Assembly: GCA_965221775.1 (NCBI GenBank) | Contig: CBDCSU010000005.1 | Coordinates: 441,216 to 505,215, forward strand | DNA: 64,000 bases | DNA from: Candidatus Latescibacterota bacterium | GTDB lineage: Bacteria > Latescibacterota > UBA2968 > UBA8231 | Direction: 5' to 3' | In this document: piece by piece, positions 1 to 12,408 of the stretch | Position numbering within the stretch: position 1 is the stretch's first letter | How the letters are laid out: every line of letters starts with the position of its first letter | Made by a program: the position numbers and the translations under genes | Notes under the pieces: generated by a model | Seen by the model: only the letters and a program-made list of their open reading frames with translations | Told to the model about the DNA's origin: nothing | Databases searched by the model: none

Positions 1-512
1 TCGGGTGCTTCGGCGTGGCCCCCGAGAGGGGCCAGGCGATCTCCACGGCCACCTCCCACCGCCACGGCGGCAACATGGACTACCGGGGGTTCCGCCAGGG
101 GGTGACCGTCTGGTTCCCCGTCTTCGCGCCGGGGGCCCTGTTCCACATCGGCGACGGCCACGCCGTGCAGGGCGACGGCGAGATCGTCGGCACCGGGGTG
201 GAGATCTCCTTCGACGTGCGCTTCACGCTGGACCTGGTGAAGGGCTCGTCCATCGGCTGGCCCCGGGCCGAGGACGACACCTGGCTGATGACGGCGGGCA
301 ACGCCCGGCCCCTGGACCAGTGCGTGCAGCACGCCACCACCGAGATGCTGCGCTGGCTGGAGACCGACCACGGCCTCGACGCCCGCACCGCCCACCTGCT
401 CCTCGGCCAGGCGGTCGCCTACGACGTGGGCAACATCTACGACCCGGCGTACACCATGATCTGCAAGGTGAAGAAGAGCCACCTGAAGGCGATCCGCGGG
501 GAGGCCGGATGA
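1..512 (+). CDS. acetamidase/formamidase family protein, C-terminal part (5' end outside window)
   Basis: The reading frame of ORF 15..512 is open to the left edge. GNMDYRG...PGALFHIGDGHAVQGDGEIVGTGVE matches the conserved FmdA/AmdA core. The TGA at 510-512 overlaps the next ATG (ATGA). Confidence 0.75.
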   Translation, partial: GCFGVAPERGQAISTATSHRHGGNMDYRGFRQGVTVWFPVFAPGALFHIGDGHAVQGDGEIVGTGVEISFDVRFTLDLVKGSSIGWPRAEDDTWLMTAGNARPLDQCVQHATTEMLRWLETDHGLDARTAHLLLGQAVAYDVGNIYDPAYTMICKVKKSHLKAIRGEAG

Positions 513-1423
513 GCAGCCCTCTCGTCGTCACCTGCATCTCCTACGCCCCCGTGGGCGGTTCCGACGAGGAGGTGGTGGAGCGGACCCACGAGGACCTCAA
601 GGGGCTGGTGGGCCGCGCCGCCGGGGCCACCGGGGCCGACCTGATCGTGCTGCCCGAGACGATCTGCCGGACCTTCGACGAGGAGGTGCCCGAGGGCCCC
701 ACGACGCGGCTGCTGGCCGGCCTGGCGCGGGAGCACGGCTGCTACGTCACCGTGCCCGTGCACCAGAAGGAACCCGCCACCGGCGCCGTGTACAACGTCC
801 TCGGCCTCCTCGACCGCCAGGGGGAGCTGGCCGGCATCTACCGCAAGTACATCCCCGTGTACCCGGAGTTCGACCACGGCACCCGCCCCGGCCCCGGGGC
901 GCACCTGATCGACACCGAGTTCGGACCCGTGGGCGGCGTCATCTGCTTCGACCTGAACTTCGGCGAGCTGCGGGCCGAGTACAAGAAGCTCAAGCCGCGG
1001 CTGCTGCTCTTCAGCTCCATGTACCACGGCGGCCTGGTGCAGAACTTCTGGGCCCTCGACGTGCAGGCCTTCTTCGCCGGCTCCGTGTACCGGGGCACGC
1101 AGTGCACGATCATCGACCCCCAGGGGACCACCCTGGCCCGGAGCAACAACTACCAGCCCTGGGCCTCGGCGCCGATCAACCTCGACTACGAGTTGGTGCA
1201 CCTCGACCGCAACCAGGGCCGCTACGACGAGATCCACCGCAAGTACGGCGACGGCGTGCGCATCGTCACCGCCGGCGAGGTGGGCACCTCGGTGATCTAC
1301 AGCGAGTCGGCCGCGCGCACCGCCGCCGACATCGTCGAGGAGTTCGAGCTGATCCGGCTCGACGACTACTTCGACTGGTCGCGCAAGCTGCGGACGGAGC
1401 AGCTGGAGAAGGCCCCGGCCTGA
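509..1423 (+). CDS. carbon-nitrogen hydrolase (nitrilase superfamily) protein
   Basis: ATG 509 lies inside the long ORF 5..1423; the upstream part of that ORF is an out-of-frame overlap of the previous gene. A Glu-Lys-Cys triad context is present: LIVLPE, YRKYIPV, GGVICFDLNF. Confidence 0.75.
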   Translation: MSSPLVVTCISYAPVGGSDEEVVERTHEDLKGLVGRAAGATGADLIVLPETICRTFDEEVPEGPTTRLLAGLAREHGCYVTVPVHQKEPATGAVYNVLGLLDRQGELAGIYRKYIPVYPEFDHGTRPGPGAHLIDTEFGPVGGVICFDLNFGELRAEYKKLKPRLLLFSSMYHGGLVQNFWALDVQAFFAGSVYRGTQCTIIDPQGTTLARSNNYQPWASAPINLDYELVHLDRNQGRYDEIHRKYGDGVRIVTAGEVGTSVIYSESAARTAADIVEEFELIRLDDYFDWSRKLRTEQLEKAPA

Positions 1424-1496
1424 GCCGCTGGACGGACCTCGCTCCGGGCGGGTTATTGTTCTTCATCCATCGTCTCACTGCGCCGAGGGAGCCCGG

Positions 1497-2510
1497 ATGT
1501 CCCCTGCCCTTCTTCTCCTCCTCCTGACCCTGGTGCCCGGCGCGCTCCTCGGCCAGGAGCGGCCACCGACGCCGGTCATCGTCGCCGAGGTCCTCGAACA
1601 GCCCCTCGTCGAGGATCTCTCCTTCGTCGGGCGCATCCTGCCCGTGCGTTCCAGCCGGGTCGCCGCCGAGACCGAGGGCAAGGTGGTGCAGCGGTTCAGG
1701 GACGCCGGCCAGACCGTGCGCGCCGGCGACCCCCTCTTCGCCCTGGCCAACGATCCGCTCCAGGCGGCGCTGGAAGAAGCGGAGGCCGATCTCGCGCTGA
1801 GGCGCTTCATCCACGACGGCAGCCGCCGGTTGCGCGCCACCGACTCGGTCTCGGAGCAGGACCTGCGCGTCAACGCCTTCGAGCTGGCGCGCGCCGAAGC
1901 CCGGCTGAGCGGCCTCCAGGCCCAGGTGGAGAACCTCCTCGTCCGCGCCCCCTTCTCCGGGCACATCGTCCGCACCTCCACCGAGGTGGGAGAGTGGGTC
2001 GGCCGCGGCGGCGAGATCGCCCAGGTGATCTCCATCGACACGGTGCGCGTCATCGTCGAGGTGCCCGAGCACCATGTGCCGCAGCTGGCCTTGGGGGACA
2101 CCGCCGCCATCCTCGTCGACGCCCTCGGCGGCGATCCGGTCCACGGCCTCGTAACCGTCATCTCCGCCGAAGGCTACGCCGCCTCGCGCACCTTCCCGGT
2201 CGTCGTCGAGGCCGCCAATCCGGCAGGCCGCATGCGCAGCAACATGTCGGCGCGGGTGCGCTTCCGTATCGCCCAGGCGACGGCATCGCTCCTGGTGCAC
2301 AAGGACGCCCTGGTCTCCGGTCCTCGGGGGCAGGTGGTGTACCTCGCCCGCGACGGCAAGGCCCTCGGCCGCCCCGTCGAAGCCGGGCTGGCGCACCAGG
2401 GTTACGTGGCCGTCACGGGCGACCTCGCGCCCGGCGATCTGGCCGTGGTGCGCGGCAACGAGCGCCTCCGCGACGGCCAGGCGGTGCGCATCATCCGCCG
2501 GCAGCCGTAA
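1497..2510 (+). CDS. efflux RND transporter periplasmic adaptor (MFP/HlyD family)
   Basis: ATG 1497 is preceded by GAGGGAG. The N-terminus is signal-like (LLLLLLTLVPGALLG). The protein has an MFP-type lipoyl/coiled-coil layout and sits 7 nt upstream of the RND pump gene. Confidence 0.8.
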   Translation: MSPALLLLLLTLVPGALLGQERPPTPVIVAEVLEQPLVEDLSFVGRILPVRSSRVAAETEGKVVQRFRDAGQTVRAGDPLFALANDPLQAALEEAEADLALRRFIHDGSRRLRATDSVSEQDLRVNAFELARAEARLSGLQAQVENLLVRAPFSGHIVRTSTEVGEWVGRGGEIAQVISIDTVRVIVEVPEHHVPQLALGDTAAILVDALGGDPVHGLVTVISAEGYAASRTFPVVVEAANPAGRMRSNMSARVRFRIAQATASLLVHKDALVSGPRGQVVYLARDGKALGRPVEAGLAHQGYVAVTGDLAPGDLAVVRGNERLRDGQAVRIIRRQP

Positions 2511-2516
2511 GCCGCC

Positions 2517-5500
2517 ATGCGCCTGATCGCCACAGCCATCCAGCGGCCCGTCAGTGTCACCGTCGGCGTGCTCCTGGTGGCGCTCTTCGGCCTGATCTCC
2601 CTCTTCCGCATCCCCGTTCAGCTCACCCCCGACATCGACCGGCCGATCATCACCGTCTCCACGGTGTGGCCGGGCGCCAGCCCGGAAGAGGTCGAGCAGG
2701 AGATCGTCCAGCGCCAGGAGGAACAGCTCAGGAGCGTCGAGGGACTGGTGCTGATGACCAGCGAGAGCAACGACAGCCGCGGGGTCGTCTCCCTCGAGTT
2801 CAACGTCGGCGTCGATCCGGACGCGGTGATGCTGCTGGTCTCCAACAAGCTCGACCAGGTCTTCGGCTATCCCCTCGACGCCGAGCGGCCGGTGATCTCG
2901 GCCGGCGGCACCGGGCCGAGCGGGGCGATCACCTGGATCATGCTCCAGCCCCTGCCGGACCGCGGCGATCTGGATATCGAGCGCTACCGCGACTTCGCCG
3001 AGGAGGTCATCAAGACCGCCCTCGAGCGCGTGCCCGGCGTCTCCCGGAGCGACATCTACGGCGGCTACGACCGCCAGCTCCAGGTCATCGTCGATCCCCG
3101 GGCCATGGCCGCGCGCCAGATCACCGTTCAGGACCTGGCCCGGGCCCTGGCCCGCGAGAACGCCAATACCAGCGCCGGGACCTTCGACGAGGGCAAGCGC
3201 CGCTACATCGTGCGCACCGTCGGTCAGTACCAGCAGCCCGGCGACATCGAGCAGGTGGTCGTCCGCTCGGCCGACGGCACCCGGGTCACCGTCGGCGAGA
3301 TCGCCCGCACCCGCCTCGGCTACGTCCGCACCGTGGCCTCCGTGCGCCAGAAGGGCCAACCCGCCATCGCCATCAACGCCCGGCGCGAGACCGGGGCCAA
3401 CGTCCTCGAAGTCATGGACGGCATCCGCCGCACCATCGGCCAACTCAACGAGGGGCCCCTGGCCCGCGAGGGCCTCTACCTCACCCAGGTCTACGACGAG
3501 ACCGACTACATCGACAGCGCCATCGGCCTGGTGCGCTCCAACATCCTCATCGGCGGCACCCTGGCGGTGATGGTGCTCTTCATCTTCCTGCGCACCGTCA
3601 GCTCGGTGGCGATCATCGCCACCGCCATCCCGATCTCGATCGTCGGCACCTTTCTGGCCATGTGGCTCCTGGGCCGCAACATCAACGTCATCAGCCTGGC
3701 GGGGATGAGCTTTGCCGTGGGCATGGTCATCGACAACGCCATCGTCGCCCTCGAGAACATCTTCCGCCACCAGCAGATGGGGAAGAGCCGCGCCCGCGCC
3801 GCCCTCGACGGGGCCACGGAGGTCTGGGGGGCGCTCCTGGCCAGCACCCTGACCACGGTGGCCATCTTCCTGCCCATCGTCTTCGTCGAGGACGAGGCCG
3901 GTCAGCTGTTCCGCGACATCGCCATCGCCGTCTCCTGCTCGGTGGTGCTCAGCCTGATCGTGGCCGTCTCCGTCATCCCCAGCCTGGCCAACAAGATCCT
4001 CGGCGGCGACAGACGCGGCGGGGGCCGGCTGGCCGCCTGGGGCGAAGGGGTGCGGACCTTCATCGCCCGGAGCGTCTTCCGCATCAGCGGCAGCACGGTG
4101 CTGCGCCTGGGGGTCATCGCAGGGCTGATCGGCCTCTCGGTGGCCATCGCCTGGAACCTGCTGCCCAAATCGGAGTACCTGCCCACGGGCAACCGCAACC
4201 TGATCTTCGGCATCGTCCTGCCGCCCCCGGGGTACAACCTCGACGAGCTGATCCAGGTGGGCCAGACCGTCGAGGACGTCCTGCGCCCCCACTGGGAGGC
4301 GGCCTCGGACCCCGACGGCCCCCAGGCCCGAGCCCTGCCGGGACCGCCGATCGCCAACATGTTCTTCGTCGCCTTCGGCCGCTCCGCCTTCATGGGAGCG
4401 CGCTCGACCGAGCCGGAGCGGGTGCGCGAGCTGATCCCGATCATCCAGGGGCCGGTCCTGGGCGGGGTGCCGGGGACCTTCGCCGTCGTGCAGCAGTCGA
4501 GCCTCTTCCAGCGCGCCACCGGCAGCGGGCGCTCCATCGACATCGAGATCACCGGGCCCGATCTGGACCACCTCGTCGGGCTGGGGGGACGGGTATTCGG
4601 CCAGGTCCGGCAGGTCGTGCCCGGCGCCCAGGCCCGCCCCATTCCCAGCCTCGACCTGGGCAATCCGGAAGTCCGCATCCTCCCCGACCGCGTGCGCGCC
4701 GCCGACCTGGGCCTGTCGGCGCGCGACATCGGCTCGGCGGTCAATGCGCTGATGGATGGCGCCATCGTCGACGGCTACCAGTTCCAGGGCGAGGAGATCG
4801 ACCTGGTGCTGCGGGGCGAGGAGGACTGGTTCCGCACCCAGGATATCGCCGCCCTGCCGATCTACACCCCGCGGGGCCAGCTGGTGCCGCTGAGTGCCGT
4901 GGCCCGCGTCGAAGTGACCACCGGCCCCGAGCAGATCAACCACATCGAGCGCGACCGGGCGATCACCGTCCGGGTCATCCCGCCGGAGACCGTTCCCCTG
5001 GAGACGGCCCTCGACGCGCTGCGGACCGAGATCGTCCAGCCCCTCGTCGATTCCGGCGATCTGGCCCCGCCCTACCAGATCCAGCTCTCCGGCTCGGCCG
5101 ACGACCTGCGGCGCACCCGCCAGGCCTTGCAGTGGAACTTCCTGCTGGCCCTGGTGATCACCTACCTGCTGATGGCCGCCCTCTTCGAGAGCTTCCTCTA
5201 CCCCTTCGTCATCATGCTCAGCGTGCCCCCGGCGCTGGCGGGCGGCATCCTCGGGCTGGAGGTCGTCAACCGGACGCTGACCTATCAGCCCCTCGACATC
5301 CTCACCATGCTCGGCTTCGTCATCCTCATTGGCGTGGTCGTCAACAACGCCATCCTCATCGTCCACCAGACGCTCAACATCCTGCGGGAGGCGCCCGAGA
5401 CCCCGCTCGGAGAGGCGATCCACGACGCCGTCTTCAGCCGCGTGCGGCCGATCTTCATGTCCACGATCACCAGCGCCCTGGGGATGCTGCCGCTCGTCGT

Positions 5501-5660
5501 CTTCCCCGGCGCCGGGTCCGAGCTCTACCGGGGCCTGGGCAGCGTCGTCATCGGCGGCCTGCTGCTGTCCACCTTGTTCACCCTCTTCCTGGTGCCGACC
5601 TTCCTCAGCCTGGCGATGGATCTGAGAGCCTGGGTCGGCCGCGCCGGGAAGGCGATGTAG
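2517..5660 (+). CDS. efflux RND transporter permease (AcrB/CzcA family)
   Basis: The 1047-aa protein has the typical RND two-fold repeat: TM clusters with VIDNAIV and VVNNAILIV motifs and two large periplasmic loops. Confidence 0.9.
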   Translation: MRLIATAIQRPVSVTVGVLLVALFGLISLFRIPVQLTPDIDRPIITVSTVWPGASPEEVEQEIVQRQEEQLRSVEGLVLMTSESNDSRGVVSLEFNVGVDPDAVMLLVSNKLDQVFGYPLDAERPVISAGGTGPSGAITWIMLQPLPDRGDLDIERYRDFAEEVIKTALERVPGVSRSDIYGGYDRQLQVIVDPRAMAARQITVQDLARALARENANTSAGTFDEGKRRYIVRTVGQYQQPGDIEQVVVRSADGTRVTVGEIARTRLGYVRTVASVRQKGQPAIAINARRETGANVLEVMDGIRRTIGQLNEGPLAREGLYLTQVYDETDYIDSAIGLVRSNILIGGTLAVMVLFIFLRTVSSVAIIATAIPISIVGTFLAMWLLGRNINVISLAGMSFAVGMVIDNAIVALENIFRHQQMGKSRARAALDGATEVWGALLASTLTTVAIFLPIVFVEDEAGQLFRDIAIAVSCSVVLSLIVAVSVIPSLANKILGGDRRGGGRLAAWGEGVRTFIARSVFRISGSTVLRLGVIAGLIGLSVAIAWNLLPKSEYLPTGNRNLIFGIVLPPPGYNLDELIQVGQTVEDVLRPHWEAASDPDGPQARALPGPPIANMFFVAFGRSAFMGARSTEPERVRELIPIIQGPVLGGVPGTFAVVQQSSLFQRATGSGRSIDIEITGPDLDHLVGLGGRVFGQVRQVVPGAQARPIPSLDLGNPEVRILPDRVRAADLGLSARDIGSAVNALMDGAIVDGYQFQGEEIDLVLRGEEDWFRTQDIAALPIYTPRGQLVPLSAVARVEVTTGPEQINHIERDRAITVRVIPPETVPLETALDALRTEIVQPLVDSGDLAPPYQIQLSGSADDLRRTRQALQWNFLLALVITYLLMAALFESFLYPFVIMLSVPPALAGGILGLEVVNRTLTYQPLDILTMLGFVILIGVVVNNAILIVHQTLNILREAPETPLGEAIHDAVFSRVRPIFMSTITSALGMLPLVVFPGAGSELYRGLGSVVIGGLLLSTLFTLFLVPTFLSLAMDLRAWVGRAGKAM

Positions 5661-5721
5661 GGGCGACCTCCGGCGCGCGCCCGCGGATCGTCACCGCCCT
5701 CGAAACCTCAGGAGATTCCCA

Positions 5722-6789
5722 ATGCAATTCGGCCAGTTCTATCTGCTGGAAACCCCGCCCGGCAAGGACCACGCCCAGGTCTATCACGAAGCGTTCGAAC
5801 AGTTCAAGCTCATGGACGAAACGGGCTGGGACGCCATCTGGCTGGCGGAGCACCACTTCGACCACAAGGCGCCGGGAGCCAACTACTACTCGATCACCTC
5901 GTCCATCCATACCATGGCCGCGTACGCCTCGGCCATTACCGAACGCATCAAGATCGGCACCGCGGTTGTCGTGCTGCCCTTCCACAATCCCGTCATCGTT
6001 GCGGAGGACTTCGCCACCGTTGACATCATGTCGAAGGGACGACTCCTCTTCGGCGTGGGGCGCGGTTACCAGGCCGAGGAGTTCTACAACTGGGGAATCG
6101 ACCTGGAGGAGAGCCGCGACCGGTTCCAGGAAGAGCTGGATATCATCCTCAAAGCCTGGACGGGGCCGGTCGAATACGACGGCAAATTCCACAAGGTCAG
6201 GAAGGTCAACGTCATCCCGAAGCCCGTACAACAGCCCCACCCGCCGGTCTACGTTGCGGCGGTGAGTCCCTCCACGTACGAGTGGGTCATCAAGAACGGC
6301 CACAACGTCCTGACCTCCTTCCTGCACCCCTACGACGAGGTCTTCCAGCTCTACGAGTCGTACCACAAGACCGCGGAGGCATGCGGAATGTCGGGCAAGC
6401 TGGAGTTCCCCCTGGCCAGGTTCCTCTACGTGGCCGAATCCACCCAGAAGGCCCGGGAGGAGTGCCACGACCAGCTCATGTGGTACTTCCGCACCCTGCT
6501 GGCCGAGGTGATCGCGCCGCCGCCGGAAATGGCGCCTCCCGGCCAGATGGAGTTCTACCAGGGACTGAAACAGAGGTTCTCGACCATCACCTTCGACGAG
6601 ATCCTGGCCGATCACGCCATCGTGGGCGATCCGGACTTTGTCGCCGACAAGATCGGCTGGATCCAGAAACACACGGGACTGCAGAACTTCATGGGGTGGA
6701 CCCGCATCGGGGACCTGAGCCCCGACCTGGTCTGCAAGTCCCTTCGCATGTTCTCGGAACACGTCGCGCCCGCCTTCAAGGAGGATTGA
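5722..6789 (+). CDS. LLM-class flavin-dependent oxidoreductase (luciferase-like monooxygenase)
   Basis: An AGGAGA motif lies upstream of ATG 5722. MQFGQFYL...WLAEHHF...GRLLFGVGRGYQ is typical of the luciferase-like monooxygenase family. Confidence 0.85.
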   Translation: MQFGQFYLLETPPGKDHAQVYHEAFEQFKLMDETGWDAIWLAEHHFDHKAPGANYYSITSSIHTMAAYASAITERIKIGTAVVVLPFHNPVIVAEDFATVDIMSKGRLLFGVGRGYQAEEFYNWGIDLEESRDRFQEELDIILKAWTGPVEYDGKFHKVRKVNVIPKPVQQPHPPVYVAAVSPSTYEWVIKNGHNVLTSFLHPYDEVFQLYESYHKTAEACGMSGKLEFPLARFLYVAESTQKAREECHDQLMWYFRTLLAEVIAPPPEMAPPGQMEFYQGLKQRFSTITFDEILADHAIVGDPDFVADKIGWIQKHTGLQNFMGWTRIGDLSPDLVCKSLRMFSEHVAPAFKED

Positions 6790-6792
6790 CCC

Positions 6793-7191
6793 ATGTCTGC
6801 CAGCGCAAACGCACGTATCGCCCGCGAGTCCCTCGAAGCCGCCTTCGCCTCTGACTGGAAGCGCCTCCGCGAAACCTACGCCGACGACGCGACCATGGTC
6901 GGCGGCGGACTCGACATCCGCGGCGCGGATGACATGGTGGCCCTCTGGCGGGGCTGCCACGAGGAAGAGCGGGACCTGCGGCTCGAGATTCTCAACGTCG
7001 TCGCCGGCGATGAGATGGTCGCCGTGGAGTTCCGCCACAGGGGCATTGTGAACCAGCTTCTTCCCGGAATGTCCGAAACGTTGCTTGGAAAACGTCTGGT
7101 AGCGACCGAGGTGCACATGTGCCGGGTTCAAGACGGGAAGATCACCGCCGTGACCATCTATGGCGGTGTGAGCGAGACTTTCGACGTCTGA
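6793..7191 (+). CDS. SnoaL-like / NTF2-fold protein
   Basis: The 132-aa ORF starts 4 nt after the LLM stop. Its size and alternating pattern (VAVEFRHRG...EVHMCRVQDGKI) fit a SnoaL-like cyclase fold. Confidence 0.55.
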   Translation: MSASANARIARESLEAAFASDWKRLRETYADDATMVGGGLDIRGADDMVALWRGCHEEERDLRLEILNVVAGDEMVAVEFRHRGIVNQLLPGMSETLLGKRLVATEVHMCRVQDGKITAVTIYGGVSETFDV

Positions 7192-7234
7192 CGGGTCTGG
7201 CTGAATGGGGAAGCCGGCCTCCGAGGGGGAAACC

Positions 7235-8056
7235 ATGAGCGACCACACGGCCGCGCCCGTGCCGATGACGGAAGAGCAGAAGTTCTTCTACGACCTCCAG
7301 GGTTGGATCCTGTTGCCTTCGGTGCTGTCCGAAGCGGAAATCGAAGCGATGAAGGCCGAGGTCTACGACGGCGCCAGACAGAGCTACCAGGGTGCCCTGC
7401 AGGAGCTGCTGGACCATCCGGCGGTGACCGGCATCCTCACCGAACTCCTCGCGGAAGAGCCGTTCCTCGGGGACGACTACCACAGCTTCCGCTGCGAGGG
7501 CTCCTTCATCACCGTGCGGCACGCCGGCTGGAAGAGCGACGGGGAGGGCACCGGCCTGCCGCACGTGGTGCGGCCTCCGCAACAGGCCAACGCCATGCGC
7601 TACCAGGTTGCGGGCAGCAAGATCTTCTCCGGGCTCACCCGGGTGGTGTGGGAGCTTGAAGAGGTGAAAGCCGGCCAGGGGGGCACCACCTTTCTCTCCG
7701 GCTCCCACAAGGCCCACTTCAACTACGGCGGCCCCGACCCCAACCGGCCCAACATCGGCGAGTCTCCCTGGGAGGAAGGCATGCGCGCGGCCATGGCCCA
7801 GTACAGCTGCCCGCCCGGCTCGGCCATCATCTTCACCGAGAGCCTGCTGCACGCCGCCAACGACTGGCGCAACACGGACAATCCGCGCTGCGCCGTGTTC
7901 AACTGCTACAACTCCCTGTGGGCCCAATGGCACCGACTCAACCTGAGCCACGAGGTCATCGAGGCCATGCCGCCCAAGCGCCGCTCCTTGTTCCGCGGCA
8001 CGTGGCAGCTGGGCGGAGAGAATCACGCCTATTCGCTGGACAATCGTTCGATCTGA
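7235..8056 (+). CDS. phytanoyl-CoA dioxygenase (PhyH) family Fe(II)/2OG oxygenase
   Basis: ATG 7235 has a GAGGGGG Shine-Dalgarno motif; the ORF-track start at 7205 has none. FYDLQGWILLP, FLSGSHKAH and IIFTESLLHAA are PhyH-like motifs. Confidence 0.7.
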   Translation: MSDHTAAPVPMTEEQKFFYDLQGWILLPSVLSEAEIEAMKAEVYDGARQSYQGALQELLDHPAVTGILTELLAEEPFLGDDYHSFRCEGSFITVRHAGWKSDGEGTGLPHVVRPPQQANAMRYQVAGSKIFSGLTRVVWELEEVKAGQGGTTFLSGSHKAHFNYGGPDPNRPNIGESPWEEGMRAAMAQYSCPPGSAIIFTESLLHAANDWRNTDNPRCAVFNCYNSLWAQWHRLNLSHEVIEAMPPKRRSLFRGTWQLGGENHAYSLDNRSI

Positions 8057-8076
8057 ATGGCGAGGAGAGGTCCAGG

Positions 8077-8547
8077 ATGGACTGGAACCGGCTCTCCCCT
8101 TTCGTCGAAACGCCGCTCCGGGCGTGCCTGGCGATCGTGGCCGTCAACGCGGCGCTGATCCTGGTCTCCGAGCCCATCTTCCAGGCTCTCGGGGTCGTCT
8201 CCAGCGGGTGGGCGGCCGATCAACAGCTCGCTTCCGCCTTCTTCCTCTTCCTGCTCTTCGTCGCCGGTTCGATCGGCGTGTGGCATCTCTTCGGGCGCCT
8301 GCTGCGAGGCCGCTTCACGATCGTGCAGCGCCTGTCCACCGCCGCCGTCGGAGTCCTTCCCATCATCGCCGCCGCCTGGCTCGCCGAGGCCCGCGCCGAA
8401 GGCGCCATGTGCGGAATCCTGGGCGCCTATGTGACCGGTGTGGGCGCCGGCGTGACGGCCTTTCTCACGGTTATGATCGCCAGCGGCATCGACCCCCGCT
8501 TCGACCTGGACTCCGGCGGCCGGCGATCGCCCACGCCCTCCGCCTGA
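8077..8547 (+). CDS. hypothetical membrane protein (about 4 TM segments)
   Basis: ATG 8077 lies inside ORF 7918..8547. The sequence is hydrophobic and helix-rich (ACLAIVAVNAALILV, FFLFLLFVAGSIGVW, AAVGVLPIIAAAWL, VTGVGAGVTAFLTVMIA). I recognise no family. Confidence 0.45.
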   Translation: MDWNRLSPFVETPLRACLAIVAVNAALILVSEPIFQALGVVSSGWAADQQLASAFFLFLLFVAGSIGVWHLFGRLLRGRFTIVQRLSTAAVGVLPIIAAAWLAEARAEGAMCGILGAYVTGVGAGVTAFLTVMIASGIDPRFDLDSGGRRSPTPSA

Positions 8548-8560
8548 TCCACCCTGCCCC

Positions 8561-11763
<3,203 letters not shown>

Positions 11764-11774
11764 GCTGCCGCCAA

Positions 11775-11801
11775 GGCGGGGCGCTCGATGGGCGCCCCGC
11801 C
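11775..11801 (+). terminator. perfect 10-bp GC hairpin just after the katG stop (possible terminator, no U tract)
   Basis: GGCGGGGCGC (11775-11784) and GCGCCCCGCC (11792-11801) are exact reverse complements around a 7-nt loop, 12 nt after the TAA at 11761-11763. Confidence 0.4.
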
Positions 11802-11938
11802 GCCGCCGGTCCTCGGCCAGGGGCTCCGCCCGCTGACAGATCGTTCCACCCGACCCTCCAGGAATTCCAGGGCGCGCGCCGGTCCACCGGCGAGTTCGTC
11901 GCCCGCGCCTCCGCCTCATTGCCTTGTTGCCGAACACG

Positions 11939-12319
11939 ATGATGCCCACCGCCCGCGAAACGGTGCAGGCCTATTTCGACTCCCTTGTCACGGGAGATGC
12001 GGAAACCCTCGCTGCAATGATGCTGCCTGCGTCGCACTACGTGAAGATCGGTACCGACGCCGACGAAGTTGTGGAGGGAAGCGCAGAGATCGCGGCGTAC
12101 TACCGGGACCACGCCGCCAGCGCGGAGGACTTCAGCATCGAGTTCATCAAACTCGACGTGCACGAGCGGGACCACGTTGCCTGGTTCTACACGCGCCAAG
12201 TCTGGCGGCTCGAATGGCGAGGGGCGAGGGAGGAGTTCGTGATGCGGATGACGGGCGTCCTCGAGAGGACCGGCGAGTCGTGGCTGTTTGCGCAGATCCA
12301 CGCCTCGATCGGTGCATAG
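11939..12319 (+). CDS. SnoaL-like / NTF2-fold protein
   Basis: ATG 11939/11942 is a likelier start than the ORF-track TTG at 11924. ETVQAYFDSLVTGDAETLAAM...WLFAQIHAS is typical of DUF4440/SnoaL-like proteins. Confidence 0.55.
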   Translation: MMPTARETVQAYFDSLVTGDAETLAAMMLPASHYVKIGTDADEVVEGSAEIAAYYRDHAASAEDFSIEFIKLDVHERDHVAWFYTRQVWRLEWRGAREEFVMRMTGVLERTGESWLFAQIHASIGA

Positions 12320-12408
12320 CCGCGCGGGGTCCGCACGGTCCATCGGTACGCGCCCGCTACGGATGACGGAGACCCGCGGGCCGGCTATTATGTGGCGGGG
12401 AGGACATC

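Noticed and set aside
1266-5423. A 1385-aa minus-strand ORF, together with the 1423-aa alternative-frame ORF 1994..6265, spans the RND operon.
   Set aside because: Their translations are Arg/Gly/Ala/Pro/Asp-rich low-complexity strings with no motifs. Such long spurious ORFs are expected opposite or out of frame with real genes at about 70% GC. The + strand genes at 1497..2510 and 2517..5660 have clear MFP/RND homology.
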